DNA of 64,000 nucleotides from Octopus sinensis (lineage: Eukaryota): the NCBI RefSeq assembly GCF_006345805.1, contig NC_042999.1, positions 69,812,001-69,876,000 of the forward strand, in the 5' to 3' direction. Shown piece by piece: positions 36,780-49,789 of this stretch (the stretch's first letter is position 1; each line of letters starts with the position of its first letter). Both the position numbers and the translations under genes were made by a program. Below the pieces are notes generated by a model. That model had not been told where the DNA came from. It made no database searches and saw only the letters and a program-made list of their open reading frames with translations.

Positions 36780-37915
36780 AATAATTATGTCATGGTGTAA
36801 TGGATAGATTGTCGCCATTTTATATTTTCAATTTCGCGCATGCGCATTGATTTTGATTTTGTCGACTACAATGTATGGTCAGTTGAATACTGTCTGCAAG
36901 AAAAACAACACCATGATGCAATTCACTCTGCCAGAAATTTGGAAACGATATGCTATACTGCTTGGCATTCACGCCGGAAGTTCCAATACGAACATTTCAG
37001 AGTGTTTGAGTGTCAATCTGAGGACAGTGCAGAGTGTATGGGAAGAGTTGTACGAGTCTAATGGTAATTACGAAGATACGGCAGCTCGAAAAACCCGCTC
37101 TAATCGTTCTAATAAAAGAACGGAATTTGTTAGCGAAATCCAGGCCATGATTGACAACGATCCCTCCAAATCAATCAGGTCCATCGCTTGAGACATGGGA
37201 GTGTCTGAGTTATCAGGCAGGTAGTGAATGAAGACATTCGGGATTCCTCATACAAGATGAGAAAGGGCCTTTTTTATCCATCCCAAACCATCGAGGACAA
37301 GAGGAAAGACCGCGCTACGAAGCTTTTGGACAAAATCACGCATCCCTTGCAACTGGACATACTTTGATCGTTTGGATTTTTCTCAGACGAGAAATATTTC
37401 GGCCCGGATCAAATGGTGAACACACAGACCAACCGTTGGCTTGCCATGTCCCCAAAACATGTACCGAGAGGGATAAAAATCAAACACCAAGGTAAATCAT
37501 GGTGTTTGGAGTGATCACTAGTGATGGCGACGTTATGCCTCTATCCATCTTCCCACACGGCCTCAGACTTAAGACAGAGGTCCACATCAAGTGTCTGGAG
37601 GAGGCAGTGCCGCCCTGGGTCAGGAGGGTGGCTGCAAGAAGACCCTATGTCTGGCAACAGGATTCTGCACCATGCCACACAAGCAGGAGAACCCAGTCAT
37701 GGTTGTCAAGACAATTTCTGCGACCACATCACTCGTAACATCTGACCACCTAACTCCCTAGGCTGCAACCCCCTTGATTATTATGTCTGGGATGCAGTTG
37801 AGCAAGAGACCAAAAAGATTTCTTATAACACCAAAGATGAACTGAAGGCAAGGATTATGGCAGCATTCACCAACTTAAACAAGGAGACTGTCCAGAAGAG
37901 TTGCAAGAGATTCCA
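36780..37915 (+). mobile_element. Tc1/mariner superfamily transposase pseudogene, DD37D (maT-like)
   Basis: HTH region (36847-37191), FSDEK, MVFGVITSDG, QQDSAPCHT and *PPNSLGCNPLDYYVWD; 37 residues between the second and third D after correcting one frameshift. Confidence 0.8.
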
Positions 37916-38679
37916 AAGTTGGTGAATGCTGCCATAATCCTTGCCTTCAGTTCATCTTTGGTGTTATAAGAAATACCTTAATGCAGTGGAACCACGAATA
38001 TTCCGAAGAATAGACAGCTGATAATGGAAAATTTCCTCATCTGTTCCTTGTCATTTTGTACCTAACGTTTCATATATATATATGTATGTGTGTATGCGCG
38101 TGTATGTACATATGCACGAGTTGCGCGCGCGCGCGCACACACACACACACACAAGAGTGAGAGAGATGGAGTAAGGGGAGGGAGAGAACAACTGAAACAG
38201 ATTCTAGCAGGCAGAAACCAAAGTTATATTTGTGTGTTTATATATTAAACACTGATGAAAAGATAGGTGAATCTTTCATTTCATTTTGTGGAAATGGATA
38301 AATAAAATACTTAAGTGTATATTAGCTTATAATCTTGCTTAACAGCATAGCTGTCATAATTCAGTAATATGACTTTCCTGTCTGACGAACATTTTCGGTT
38401 GATGAGTAACGAAAAGTTTTGTTAAATTGCCAAAAAAAAACGAAACGGTTTTACATATTTGAAATAAAATACTACTTGAAATAATTCGTCCATGTATATA
38501 TAATTCTACTTCTAACCTTTTTACTAAGAAAGTTTAAGCATATTTCCTCGTCGCTGTTAAAACTATTTGTTCCTGAAAATATTTCTTTAAAACAAACGAT
38601 CAACTGTTTTCGTTTTTACGTTTTAATAGTCTTCTTCCATCTTTAAACTACTTGGAATATTTATGGCAAACAAAATGCG

Positions 38680-38830
38680 AACAAGTGGTAGAGACGGTAG
38701 AACACCGCATTAGATATCTTAGAAAATTTATTTCCATCTTTACGAGTTCTGAGTTCAAATCCATGCTGAGATCGAATTTTGTCCTTGGCTTTCCATTGTG
38801 ATTTAGATAATTACTTGCCATGCACTAGTT
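38680..38830 (+). mobile_element. SINE family B, decayed
   Basis: GTTCTGAGTTCAAATCC...TTTTGTCCTT homology. Confidence 0.5.
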
Positions 38831-40133
38831 TAGGTATAATTAAATTAATGATGCCGCACGAAGCAGCGTTGAAAACAAATATTCGTATAAAGTTATACTT
38901 AACACGTTCGAATGTATTCGGACCTGACAAGACCTTTCGCTTTGGAGAGAATCTTGGGGCTATTTCCGCAATGAAAGGTAGTAATACTTCCGAAAACACT
39001 CGAATGTGTGAAATATAACTAGAGTTCTATTTACATTTTCAACTTTGGCCCAATATTAGAAATCATTATAAATCTAAGATATTCTCGAACGTAGAATGTG
39101 TTCTTTTATCTACACTGGACACCTCTATAGAGTGTGGGGATATGCCTATCGTATTGAGCACGGCTGAAGACTTCTTGATATAATAACAAATAGAAAAACA
39201 GAAATTGAGCTATTGAAACATTCATTAATTCTACAGCAGCAACGATTTTTATCCCCCACCCCGTGGTTTTATAAGTAGCTACACTTGGGTATTTCAGCGT
39301 TCTAAATATCTTGGTCTCAAATATTACGTAATGTTAATGGCAGGATATGAAATTGTACTCTCTTTGACGATCCGTACTGCCATGGTATGTAATAATTTTT
39401 CATATGTACCTGAAGATGATCGTAGGTGTTTTATTCTAAACGCCCACTTTTTTTTTTTTTTTATAGTTCTAAGCAAACGAAATGTTGAAGACAACGTAAT
39501 TTGCTTCAAGTATTTTTAAACATACCTCATAACTATGCGCTTCGTAACTAAGGGATTTCATGTTCAATCCCACTATGCAACGCCTTAACCTTAAATAAAC
39601 AAATGTCACGTGAGAGAAATTTAGAGCGTCTTGAAACGTGCGGTCTTCCAACGATACATACAGTAGAAACTGAACCTGTAACTTTATGATTGTGAGCCGA
39701 ACACCTTAACCACCCGACTAGTTAGGATATCTACTCTAAGAATATCCATACATACAACTAAGCTTGGTAATTTAAAGTATGAAAATATAATGAATATGAC
39801 AAAAATACAGTATTAAAACAATTTTGTATGAAACTGATGACAATCATAATAATTAGACGAAAAATATTAAAATAATTACCTAATAGCCCGTTGTTATAGA
39901 CAGATTTTTCTTTTTCTTTTTTAACCATAATAGACAATTCCACAGAGAAGCTATAATAATATACTTCCCCTCAATGATACTGCAACTTTATTTGTTGCCT
40001 TTAATAATATTACCATTTAAGCAAAATATCATGTTATTACGGCAATGGAATTGTGTAAAGCATATGTACATAAGCGCTGATTACATGTATGTGTATATAT
40101 ATATATATATGTATGTATGTATACATACATACA

Positions 40134-40648
40134 CAGGGCGTCCCAAAAAGGCGTACTCACTCTTTGACTTCCCAGTACTCATGCATTTTGTATTCAAGTA
40201 GATGTTAATTTATATACATACAATCATAAAAAGTTAAATTAAATTCAGGAAAATAAATTGTAGAAACGATTATTTATTGTCATTTAGTATTATTTAATGT
40301 TCTCTCTCATTCCTGCGTGTTCGCAAATGTCCAAACTGCCTTCCTTCATTTTCCAAACAAACCTGATAACGTCCAAAACTGCCAAACATTTCATTTGGAA
40401 TTACAAGACGTTCTATTCCAATTTCATTTTTCAAATCACCAATTGTCACAATTGTCACTAGTTTTGCAGCGTAAACCTTATCTTTGAGACGTCCCCATAA
40501 AAAAATCCATTGGCGGGCGTAAGGTCTGGGGAACGTGCTGGAAATTCAACGCTACCTCTTCTCCCAATACATTTGTTTGGATTTGTTGCATCGAGGTAAG
40601 CTCGTACATCACCTGTCAAAGAGTGAGTACTTATTTTTGGGACACCAT
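40134..40648 (-). mobile_element. Internally deleted Tc1/mariner-family element with TIRs
   Basis: TIRs CAGGGCGTCCCAAAAAGGCGTACTCACTCTTTGAC / GTCAAAGAGTGAGTACTTATTTTTGGGACACC within TA runs; minus strand PARSPDLTP..FLWGRLKDKVY. Confidence 0.75.
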
Positions 40649-40744
40649 ATATATATATATTATATATATATATATATTACACACACGTATTCCAAAAGTT
40701 TTAAGATTTATTTTTAGGTGAGGAAGTTATAACTGTCCTATATT

Positions 40745-41460
40745 ATTGCAATTTTAGCATATCAGTACTATACATCTAATAATCTGACCAGCCAACTTTT
40801 GTTATTCCACACTGAAGGAGACGGTTGTAACAGCATTTTGAATACATCCCACTGGACACTGCTTGTCACAGCTGACTAATATGCAGATTGCAGTCGGAAC
40901 GCGAAGATAATTTGGAAGCTCACTATGCAATAAAGATTTATGTTAAATTTAACAAAACCGCTACAAAAGCTTATGAAATGTTTCAAATTATTTATGGATT
41001 GTGAGTCGAGTGTCTGTTTTTCGCTGGCACAAAAGGTCAGGCAAAGCAAATCCACCAGAAAGCTTATGATGATCCCCCCTTTTCGACAGCAAGGGCAACA
41101 TCTACATCAGCCGCGTTTCCCTCTAGCCAGACGGTCACCAAAGAGTACTTTGTGAAAGATTTGAGGGAGTTCAGGAAGCGATTTCGTCGAAAAGGGCCAG
41201 AGTATTCGCACTAGGACAAGGTACAAGTCCGCAATTCCATCCTGGTAACCAACTAACTGACGGAGATAAGCATCAAAACTGTTCCTCGCCCTCTCTACAG
41301 TCCAGACCGTGCTTCCTGTGACTTTTGGTTGTTCCCACAAGCTAATGGAAAAGATGGAGGGGGCTGTGACAAGGTGTCCTAGACAGCTCCACTTGCGATT
41401 ATTTCCACAGAGCCTTAACGAAGTGGTTGGAGCACTACAACATGTGCATTGAAATCAGAG
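40745..41460 (+). mobile_element. Mariner transposase remnant (internally deleted)
   Basis: HYAIKIYVKFNKTATKAYEMFQIIYG...VFRWHKR; TVTKEYF...RRKGPE; PRPLYSPDRASCDFWLFP. Confidence 0.7.
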
Positions 41461-41844
41461 GATCTTATATATTTTGATCCAGTTCAACAATACTTGAAGC
41501 TTCGTAGGTAAATACACTTAACTCCAGGGAAATATACTGAGTGTTACTTTCTTTAGTTTGTTCTCTCACTCACGCATTCGTCATTCTGCATAAACTTAGA
41601 AGGACAATGTTGATGATGACTTTGACAAAGTAACCAAGCTGAAACTTCATAGTTACTGTCAATCTTATCCTTGTAAGAATAAAAAAATATTCTACTGTAA
41701 CTTACTGAATAACCTTCAATTACACGCGCGCGCACACACACACGTACACTCCACCGAGGTAAACTTTTCTTTTCGTCTTTTTGGTGGTAAAACGTGGCAT
41801 ATTTGTGCCCTCGTCGAAGATACTAAACATAAATAAACCTAGAA

Positions 41845-42200
41845 ATACGTGGGAGTGCTGAAAAGTTCCTGACTTTAAGGATACCGTGAAAGGGTAGTGC
41901 TGTTTACTTTACAGGTAGGTAGGACAACTGTTTTAGAGAAGACATGCAAAAAATCATGATGGTATACAATATATCTATTTCTTTTTTTTGCAGATTTAAC
42001 GCATGATGGAAGCTCCGACAGTAAATTTCGGTAAAATTGAAGCACGGTGGTCATAAAGTTCCTGTTTTTGTGAGGCAAAGGAGCGGTAGAAATCTATGAC
42101 GAGATGAAAGAAGTCTTGAAGGATGGCTGCCGATCTTACGTCACAGGGAAAATCTGAGTGTTAAGGTTTCCGACTGGTCACTTCGAGGTTACACATACAG
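41845..42200 (+). mobile_element. Mariner 5' end remnant
   Basis: GTGCTGAAAAGTTCC terminal-like motif; VIKFLFL*GKGAVEIYDEMKEVL HTH start. Confidence 0.55.
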
Positions 42201-43330
42201 GAAGAGTAAATCTCTCTATATATAATAACACTTTGAATGTGGCTCCCGAGAAAGAGTAAAAGTAATTACCCGATCAACGATGGGTATTACTACTAGTTTT
42301 CTATAAGTTTATATGTATACAGGTGTCGCAAAAACCGTTTTAAAAAGAGTTTTAGTGAACCCTATATATATATATCTTTATTTCACTGTAATCCGCAAGC
42401 GAAAACTTGGATCGATAAACTAACGCCTTTGAAAGAGATATACCACTGAATGAGGAGATATTAGGGTTGTTAGAAGCATGTAGGAGGAGGAGGCTTTTGT
42501 GTACTTGTATTGGAAACGGTCATCTATTTAGATAGGCCATTGAAGTAGTGGAAGTAGAGAAAATTTTCGTACATAATATTAAGGTAAGATATAGCTGTAC
42601 GAAAATTTTAGCAAAATTAGAAAGAACATTTCAACTGTAAGGATGACTGAACCATTTCATCTTTGCCTATTTCGTATTAATGAATATCAATGTTGTTTTT
42701 TAAGTAATGTGTTCTATTTTGTGAGCCACTGTCTTTTAATGCGTCGTTGCAATAATGAGCAGCACGATTAAAAGATTTATCGGCAGAGGTTATATCGGAT
42801 ATGAGTGTAGTTAACTGCCTGAGGATAGCCGGAATTCTTGTTCATTACTAGAAATTCCAACCATCCTTCAGCAAACAGAATAACGTCAGTGAGCGCATAT
42901 CCGGCATATCTTCTAACAAGGAACATTTTAATTGTTTCCATATCTCGAAAGCATTTCTAAATTCATTGATACAAAATCTTCGTTAACAAGAGTTGATTGT
43001 TTTATTTATGAATATATCTTTGCTCATATGTGGGTGGAAAGGTTGTGCACAGTACTGAAGAAGCAAAAAAAAAAAAAAAAAAGTGGGGTGCGCATAATAC
43101 TGAATAATTTAAAGTATTACGTATGTTTGTACATGACAATGAATGAATGAAAATGAAACGCCATTTTCCAACGGTTTACTTTCCAACCAATCAAAAATCG
43201 ATGTTCTGTTAACTAATAACATCTCGATGTATTTTCAAATGTTTATATAATATCCTACTACCATATTTGTTTTATCATTTAAACACTCGAAAAAAAATGG
43301 AGCTCATAGTTTATGCACGCGCGCAGATAA

Positions 43331-43590
43331 ACACACACACTGGTGTAGACACACACACATTGGTGTAGACTCGCACGTACACAGGTGTAGACACACGCAC
43401 GCACACACAGACAGGTATACACACACACACACATTGGTGTAGACACACACACGCATTGTTGTAGACATACATACGCATGGTTGTAGACATACATACGCAT
43501 GGTTGTAGACACATACGCATTGGTGTAGACACCCGCACGTACACACTCGCATTGGTGTAGACACACGCACCCACACACACGCATTGGTGT
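43331..43590. repeat. ~22-bp minisatellite (CATTGGTGTAGACAC core), ~11 degenerate units
   Basis: GTAGAC recurs nine times at mostly 20-22 bp spacing. Confidence 0.85.
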
Positions 43591-43689
43591 AATAATAATA
43601 ATAATGAGGAGGAGGAGGAGGAGGATGCTCCACCCACTAAGGTAGCAAAATAAGTGTGAAATATCAAGTCTAAGGCAAGGAAAACTATT

Positions 43690-44440
43690 GCATGGGCAAT
43701 ACCCCAAACGAGCTGAGGGAAACTGATGTAGATATAAGAAGAACCCTTCAGTGGCTGCAGGATGTTGGTTCGAAAGCCGAAACTGAAGGATCTATCCCAG
43801 CGGCACAAGATCAGAGTCTCCTCGACCGGAACTATCAAGTTAATGTCACACATAATAAGGTAGACACAAAGTGTAGACTCTGCAATGACAAACTTGAAAG
43901 TATTGACCACATTGTTGCTGGCTGCTCAGTCCTTGCTCTGACAGAATTTAAAACCAGGCATGACCGAATTGGTCAATGCTTGCACTGGAGAATATACCGT
44001 CACTATGGTAACCAGCACCTCAAGAACTAGTATGAACACCATCCAGAGCCATTCACTGAGGGAGAGAATGTTACCATACTATGGAATTATGAGATACACA
44101 TAGATAGGCAAATAAATGATAACCGACCAGAAATCGTCATAAAAGACGAAAAGACAAAATACATGCCTGTTAATTGAAATGACAGTGCCTCCTGGCAGAA
44201 ATATCTCAGCAAAGGAATTTGAAAAGCAGTCGAAATATAATGACTTTGGGTTGAGATACCTAGGACGTGGTAATTAAAAAACAAATTCATCAGATCCTTG
44301 AGAAACCAACAATCTGAGACTCAAAAAATTATGTTGTCATCAACCGCCTACATTCTCAGGATGTTTCTCTCCATCTAACATATACGTGCTTTAGGTCTCT
44401 GGTTGAGACCCGGCCGGTAGACGAAATAAAATGCACATCA
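43690..44440 (+). mobile_element. R4/Dong-like LINE 3' fragment (CCHC zinc knuckle and restriction-like endonuclease)
   Basis: AETEGSIPAAQDQSL; CRLC..ESIDHIVAGC; RHDRIG..HW; LWNYEIHIDRQINDNRPEIVI; (AAT)n-rich 3' end. Confidence 0.75.
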
Positions 44441-44444
44441 ATCG

Positions 44445-44574
44445 GAAAATAATAATAAAAATAATATCTACTAAAGATAGAAGGCCTGAAATTTGTGGGG
44501 AGGCGACAAGTCGATTACATCGACCCCAGTGCGTAACTGGTACTTATCATATATATATATACTTATTTATTTAT

Positions 44575-44610
<36 letters not shown>

Positions 44611-45160
44611 CTGTAAATGTAATATGTGACGATTATTCGTCACATATTACATTTAGAGATAAATTCCTCTATTTACATAATATCGAGGTCTCTTTCATTC
44701 TTTTGTTGTCTTACCATATATATATTATATATATGCACACACACACACACACACATTTACATATTGATGCACACACAAATTCACATGCATACTGAAGGAT
44801 ACATACAACTGACAATGATTGCTTGAAAAAGTGAGGGAGTTTCTACATGGTCATTTTATCTGCTAGAAATAATAACCAAGAAAGATAACACATTGAATAA
44901 TGCATTTTTAGAGACAATATACCTGAAAAGGATTGAAATTGCCACACCTTGAATACCTTTGATCATAAGCCCGCTGGATCACACTTGCCATAGATTACAT
45001 CAACCCCAGTACTCAAACTGGTACGTATTCACTTTATAAATCTCGAAGTGACGGAAGGCAAAGTTGACCTCAGCGGGATTTGAGCTGAACGTGCAAAGAG
45101 TCGGAAGAAACACCGCTAAGTAGTCTTCCGATGCAAAAACGATTCGGCAGGCTCGCTGCC
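44445..45160 (-). mobile_element. SINE family B fragments (44445-44548; 44995-45160)
   Basis: CGACCCCAGTGCGTAACTGGTACTT and AAAGTTGACCTCAGCGGGATTTGAGC homology; the intervening sequence is microsatellite and an unclassified repeat. Confidence 0.6.
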
Positions 45161-45334
45161 TTCTAAATAACAATTTCTGCAAAAGTGACAAAAAAAGTGA
45201 TAACCAACCTTCCATATGAAAAGAATTGTGATGAGAGGTACCAATACGGAGTTTGCTTCTGCCTACTTTACCATTTGTCCTGAAATAAATTACATGAAAA
45301 TAATTAGTTATGAAGACATCATTTTTCAGGAATC

Positions 45335-46242
45335 GTTTTATATATGAAAAAGCATGTTATTGTTATGCATCAAGAATTTCCTTTCTTCTATGAAGAAGTA
45401 TTAGGCATATATTGGAAATCTATTCATATAAATTTGACATGGGCGATTCTTTCTTGTCTTGGGATTCACGGTCAAATGGCTGGGTGGAATTGCGCGAAAA
45501 ATTACACAGATGTGGAGAATGATCCGGTGGTGTTGCTGGGCTTTGTATTTTCATAGCTCCCATGACTACCGAGATAATCTACTATAATACTCTTGTGCTT
45601 ATGAATGAGAAAGGAAGGGGTGATAGATAAGGAAGGAAGGGGGTGATGTCATTTTTTTTCAAAGCTCCCATGGTTACCGAGATAATCTACTATAATAATA
45701 CTCTTGTGCTTATAAATGAGAAAAGAAGGGGTAATAGATGAATAAGGAAGGAAGGGGTGATGTCATATTTTCTTCATAGGACCCATGGTTACCAAGATAA
45801 TCTACTATAATAATACTCTTGTGTTTATGAATGAGAAAGGAAGGGGTGTTAGATAAGGTAGGACGGGGTGGTGTCATACTTGGTAGTGGGATGATGAAAA
45901 TTGTACGCTGAAAAATAAATCAAACAGCGTTTCAACTGTGTGAATATATGTGTGTGTGTATGTAAAAGATGGGTATGTGAATGTGCGTGCGTGTGTTTGT
46001 GTGCGTGTGCAATGGAAGTGGGATGGTTCATCTTTGTTCGCTTAGTATTTGGGTTTATTTTTTGATTTGGTTGAATCTTGTTTTTTTTTTTATTGGTCAG
46101 TTATTTTTAGCGTTTTGACCGAAAAATGTTCTAAAATTGTTTTTTAACGTAAGCGTGCCCAAACAAGTCGAATGCTTACACAAAGCAGGTTTTATAGCCA
46201 CATCATTCAAACCGACCAGGTGAAACCGGGCTTAGCTGCTAG
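45335..46242 (+). mobile_element. Helitron-like element with three internal ~110-bp tandem repeats
   Basis: 3' GACCAGGTGAAACCGGG hairpin-like motif then CTAG|T at 46239-42; repeats at ~45548, 45659, 45775; 5' end only approximate. Confidence 0.55.
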
Positions 46243-46941
46243 TCATTAATAAAAAGTGTTTAAGAAAAACGCATCATCTCGCATTGAATTGAAATTTGTC
46301 TTTTGTTGTTTCAATAAGTGATAAAATCACATTTTGAAAAAATATTTTAAAATTAAAATTTATAAGAATTTACTAGTCAGAGTAGTAAAAATTATATACT
46401 TCAAACTAATTATTAAGCAGTTTTATAATTGTATAGACAAACAAAAAAATCATGGATATATTTTGACTTTTTACTCATCATCACTTTGTATATATATGTG
46501 TGTATGTATGTATGTATGTATCTATATATATATATATATCCAAATAAGCAACAAGGATATCTAAGGTAGTGTAGTACAATCATTTCACGCTACTTCATTT
46601 TATTAAACACTGTAAGTATTACATCAGTTTTAAAATGTCGAGCAATCTTCAGCCACATATAGAATTTTTAATCAAACGGACAATGCACATCCTTATACTT
46701 ATTTCATTTGTCAACATTCATCTGAATTTCAATTTATCTGAACTTGTATATATATATACACACACACATACATATAAGAGGCTCTAATGCGTAGGTTCAC
46801 ATGCTAGAGATAGACGCCAAATGCCGGTAAGAACTACAGTTATTCGCTCGATTAGCACAAATTATATATACTTGTGTTAAATATTATTTATACATGCTGA
46901 CTACTTGATAAAATCGTAAGATTTTATCCCTAATTATTAAG

Positions 46942-46980
<39 letters not shown>

Positions 46981-46983
<3 letters not shown>

Positions 46984-47068
46984 TTTATAGAAGGAGCTTC
47001 TACAGGACTAGAACTGTTTCATTCAAATGAAACAGTTCTAGTCCTGTAGAAGCTCCTTCTATAAAATA
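46981..47068. repeat. Perfect inverted repeat, 43-bp arms with 2-nt loop
   Basis: TATTTTATAGAAGGAGCTTCTACAGGACTAGAACTGTTTCATT-CA-exact reverse complement. Confidence 0.95.
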
Positions 47069-47145
47069 AATTAACTTACTCTGCTATGTATTGAGTACCT
47101 TATTTACTGTGGTTAACCCCGACTCAACCCGGGACCTATATATAT

Positions 47146-47201
<56 letters not shown>

Positions 47202-47702
47202 TATATATATAACGGGCTTCCTCACAGTTTCTATCTACAAGATATTGGTCGGCCCGTGGAAATAGTAGAAGACACTTGCATAAAGTGCCGCGTAGTAAGA
47301 CTGAACCCAAACCCACATAGTTGGAAACGAATTGTTGAAAAGATAGCTATACGTGTACAATATATTAACATATCCAGCTGTTATTATAAATGAGATTTAA
47401 ACACAATATCTGACAAATCTTCTTACCCAACAGCCAAGTCGGTGTAAATTATTAGCTTTTCAGCACATTTCTGCAACATTATAGCAGGCTGTGTCGTTTA
47501 TTAATTCAATACAGCCATGAAAAATGATGTCAGGTTTATTACGTACTACCATCATGTATATATTATAGTTTCATAGTGTTGTCGCATTGTCGTTCTCTAA
47601 GACAGGTAAAATCGACGTTCAGACCAACTTTTAACATAGATAGAAGGTTACACATTTTGGGTAGAAGTATAGTCGAGATTACAGACATAGTATCAGAGAA
47701 TT

Positions 47703-48957
47703 AAGGCAACGAGCTGGCAACATTTTTGGTTGTTCTGTCATAATGCTTAGCGGCATTTCTTCCTGATCTTTACATCCCGAGTTCAAATCCTGCCCAGGTC
47801 AACTTTGCCTTTCATCCTTTCATGATCGACGAAATAAATTACTAGAAAAGTACTGGGGTCGATATAATTGATTTATCAGCTTCCCTCCAAAATGTTGGAC
47901 TTGAACTCTGCAACGGACCATCCTCCCGTTCGGTTACTTACATGCCATGGAAACCGAGTAACAGGCCTTGCGAGTCCTAGGGCTGAAGAAAAATAATTAC
48001 AAAATGAAAGAGGTGCAGTCTCCAGTACTTCTCTGATATTTGTTTTATCGGCCTTGGGAGGATGAAAGACTAAGTCAGTCTCGGTGAGATTTGAACTTAA
48101 ACCGAAAGGAATGTAACTGTAAAGTTTATCTAGCACTCAACCGATGGTCCTCCTCGTGATAATCCTTTCTTTTATAGGCACAAGGCCCGAAATTTTGGGG
48201 GGAACGAAATAGTCGATTACATAGATCCCAGTGCTCAACTGCTACTTATTTCATTGACCCTGAAAGAGGGAAAACAAAGTCCACCTCGGTAGAATTTGAA
48301 CTCAAATCTTGAAGACGGACAAAATACCATTAAGCATTCACTCGGCGTGCTAATGATTCTTATTTCTTTATTGCCTTCAAGGGGCTAAACATAGAGAGGA
48401 CAAACAAGGACAGACAAAGGGATTAAGTCGATTACATCGACCCCAGTGCGTAACTGATACTTGATTTATCGACCCCAAAAGGATGAAAGGCAAAGTTGAC
48501 CTCGGCGGAATTTGAACTCAGAACGTAGCGGCAAACGAAATACCTATTTCTTTACTACCCACAAGGGGCTAAACACAGAGGAGACAAACAAAGACAGACG
48601 GATAAAGTCGATTATATCGACCCCAGTGCGAAACTGGTACTTATTTAATCGACCCCGAAAGGATGAACGGCAAAGTCGACCTCGGTGGAATTTGAACTCA
48701 GAACGTACAGGCAGACGAAATACCTATTTCTTTACTACCCACAAGGGGCTAAACACAGAGAGGACAAACAAGAACAGACAAACGGATTAAGTCGATTATA
48801 TCGACCCTAGTGCGTAACTAGTACTTATTTAATCGACCCCGAAAGGATGAAAGGCAAAGTTAACCTCGGTGGAATTTGTACTCAGAACGTAGCGGCAGAC
48901 GAAATACAGCTAAGCATTTCGCCCGGCGTGCTAACGTTTCTGCCAGCTCGCCGCCTT
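47703..48957. mobile_element. Cluster of SINE family B copies incl. a tandem array of ~180-bp units (48357-48957, minus strand)
   Basis: Plus copy 47703-47900; minus copies 47960-48140 and 48160-48355; TACCTATTTCTTTACTACCCACAAGGGGCT at 48541 and 48721. Confidence 0.85.
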
Positions 48958-49789
48958 TCTTTTCGTGATAAGGACATTACATCTCACCTACTTGCGGCTA
49001 CTTTTCTCAATCACTACTTTTGTCTGTCCCAGGGTCATCAGTACAAGCTGAAAATAATGAGGTGCTCTTCTATTTTCACCTCTCTACGTTTTCGCACCTA
49101 AATCTGTTGAAACTCTCCGTAGATACGAAACACGTTATTGAAGGATTTAGACAAGAGTCTTATTGTAAAAACGAGAGACACACGTTCGGTATTTTCACCC
49201 GAGGCTGAATATTTATTTCATGCGTAGAAATACACAAACTATCATGTCTTCTTTTACGCAATTCTTACCGTAATCTTATACTATTTTGTAAATAATAAAA
49301 ATAATCTGTTCATTATTGGCTACAGAGGCCTCACACGTACAGACAAAACTGTTATATAAAATGGTTGTTAGCAAATATTTTAGGGTGTGTATATACAATA
49401 AACAGAGAGGAAGAAAAAAAGTAAGGCAACATGAAAACAAAGCACTCTAGGAATATACGGATACCCAACCAAGGATAACCGTATGGTTGACGTTGCGTTG
49501 TTTAATCTGAATTTCGTGACTCTCACAGATATAATTCTAAATATTTTTTGCAAAGAGTAAAAAATGTAAATGTTGGAACAAAATGTTTATTGCATTTTAT
49601 TAAATACAGGAATAAAATTCTCTTAATTATTATTTTCGAATTTTATCCTTTATATTTCGAAAATCATGAACACATGACGTGATACCGCACTAGCCCCTCG
49701 TGACAGCTTGAGTCGCTCGAATGGCACAATCAGCAGGTTCTGCACCCGACCACTCTTCTTATCGGATAGGATTTCTGACATAAGCACAT

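Noticed and set aside
39410-39435. 26-nt minus-strand candidate exon with the phases (2 to 1) needed to link the two host exons
   Set aside because: The acceptor lacks a polypyrimidine tract (poly-A upstream); phase fit alone is easily coincidental.
45548-48957. Regularly spaced repeats suggestive of a CRISPR array
   Set aside because: Eukaryotic context; the units are whole tandem repeats without unique spacers, and there are no cas genes.
49090-49205. Minus-strand frame SGENTERVSLVFTIRLLSKSFNNVFRIYGEFQQI, vaguely like a SEA N-terminal strand
   Set aside because: In-frame stop before the only good donor, and a poor acceptor.
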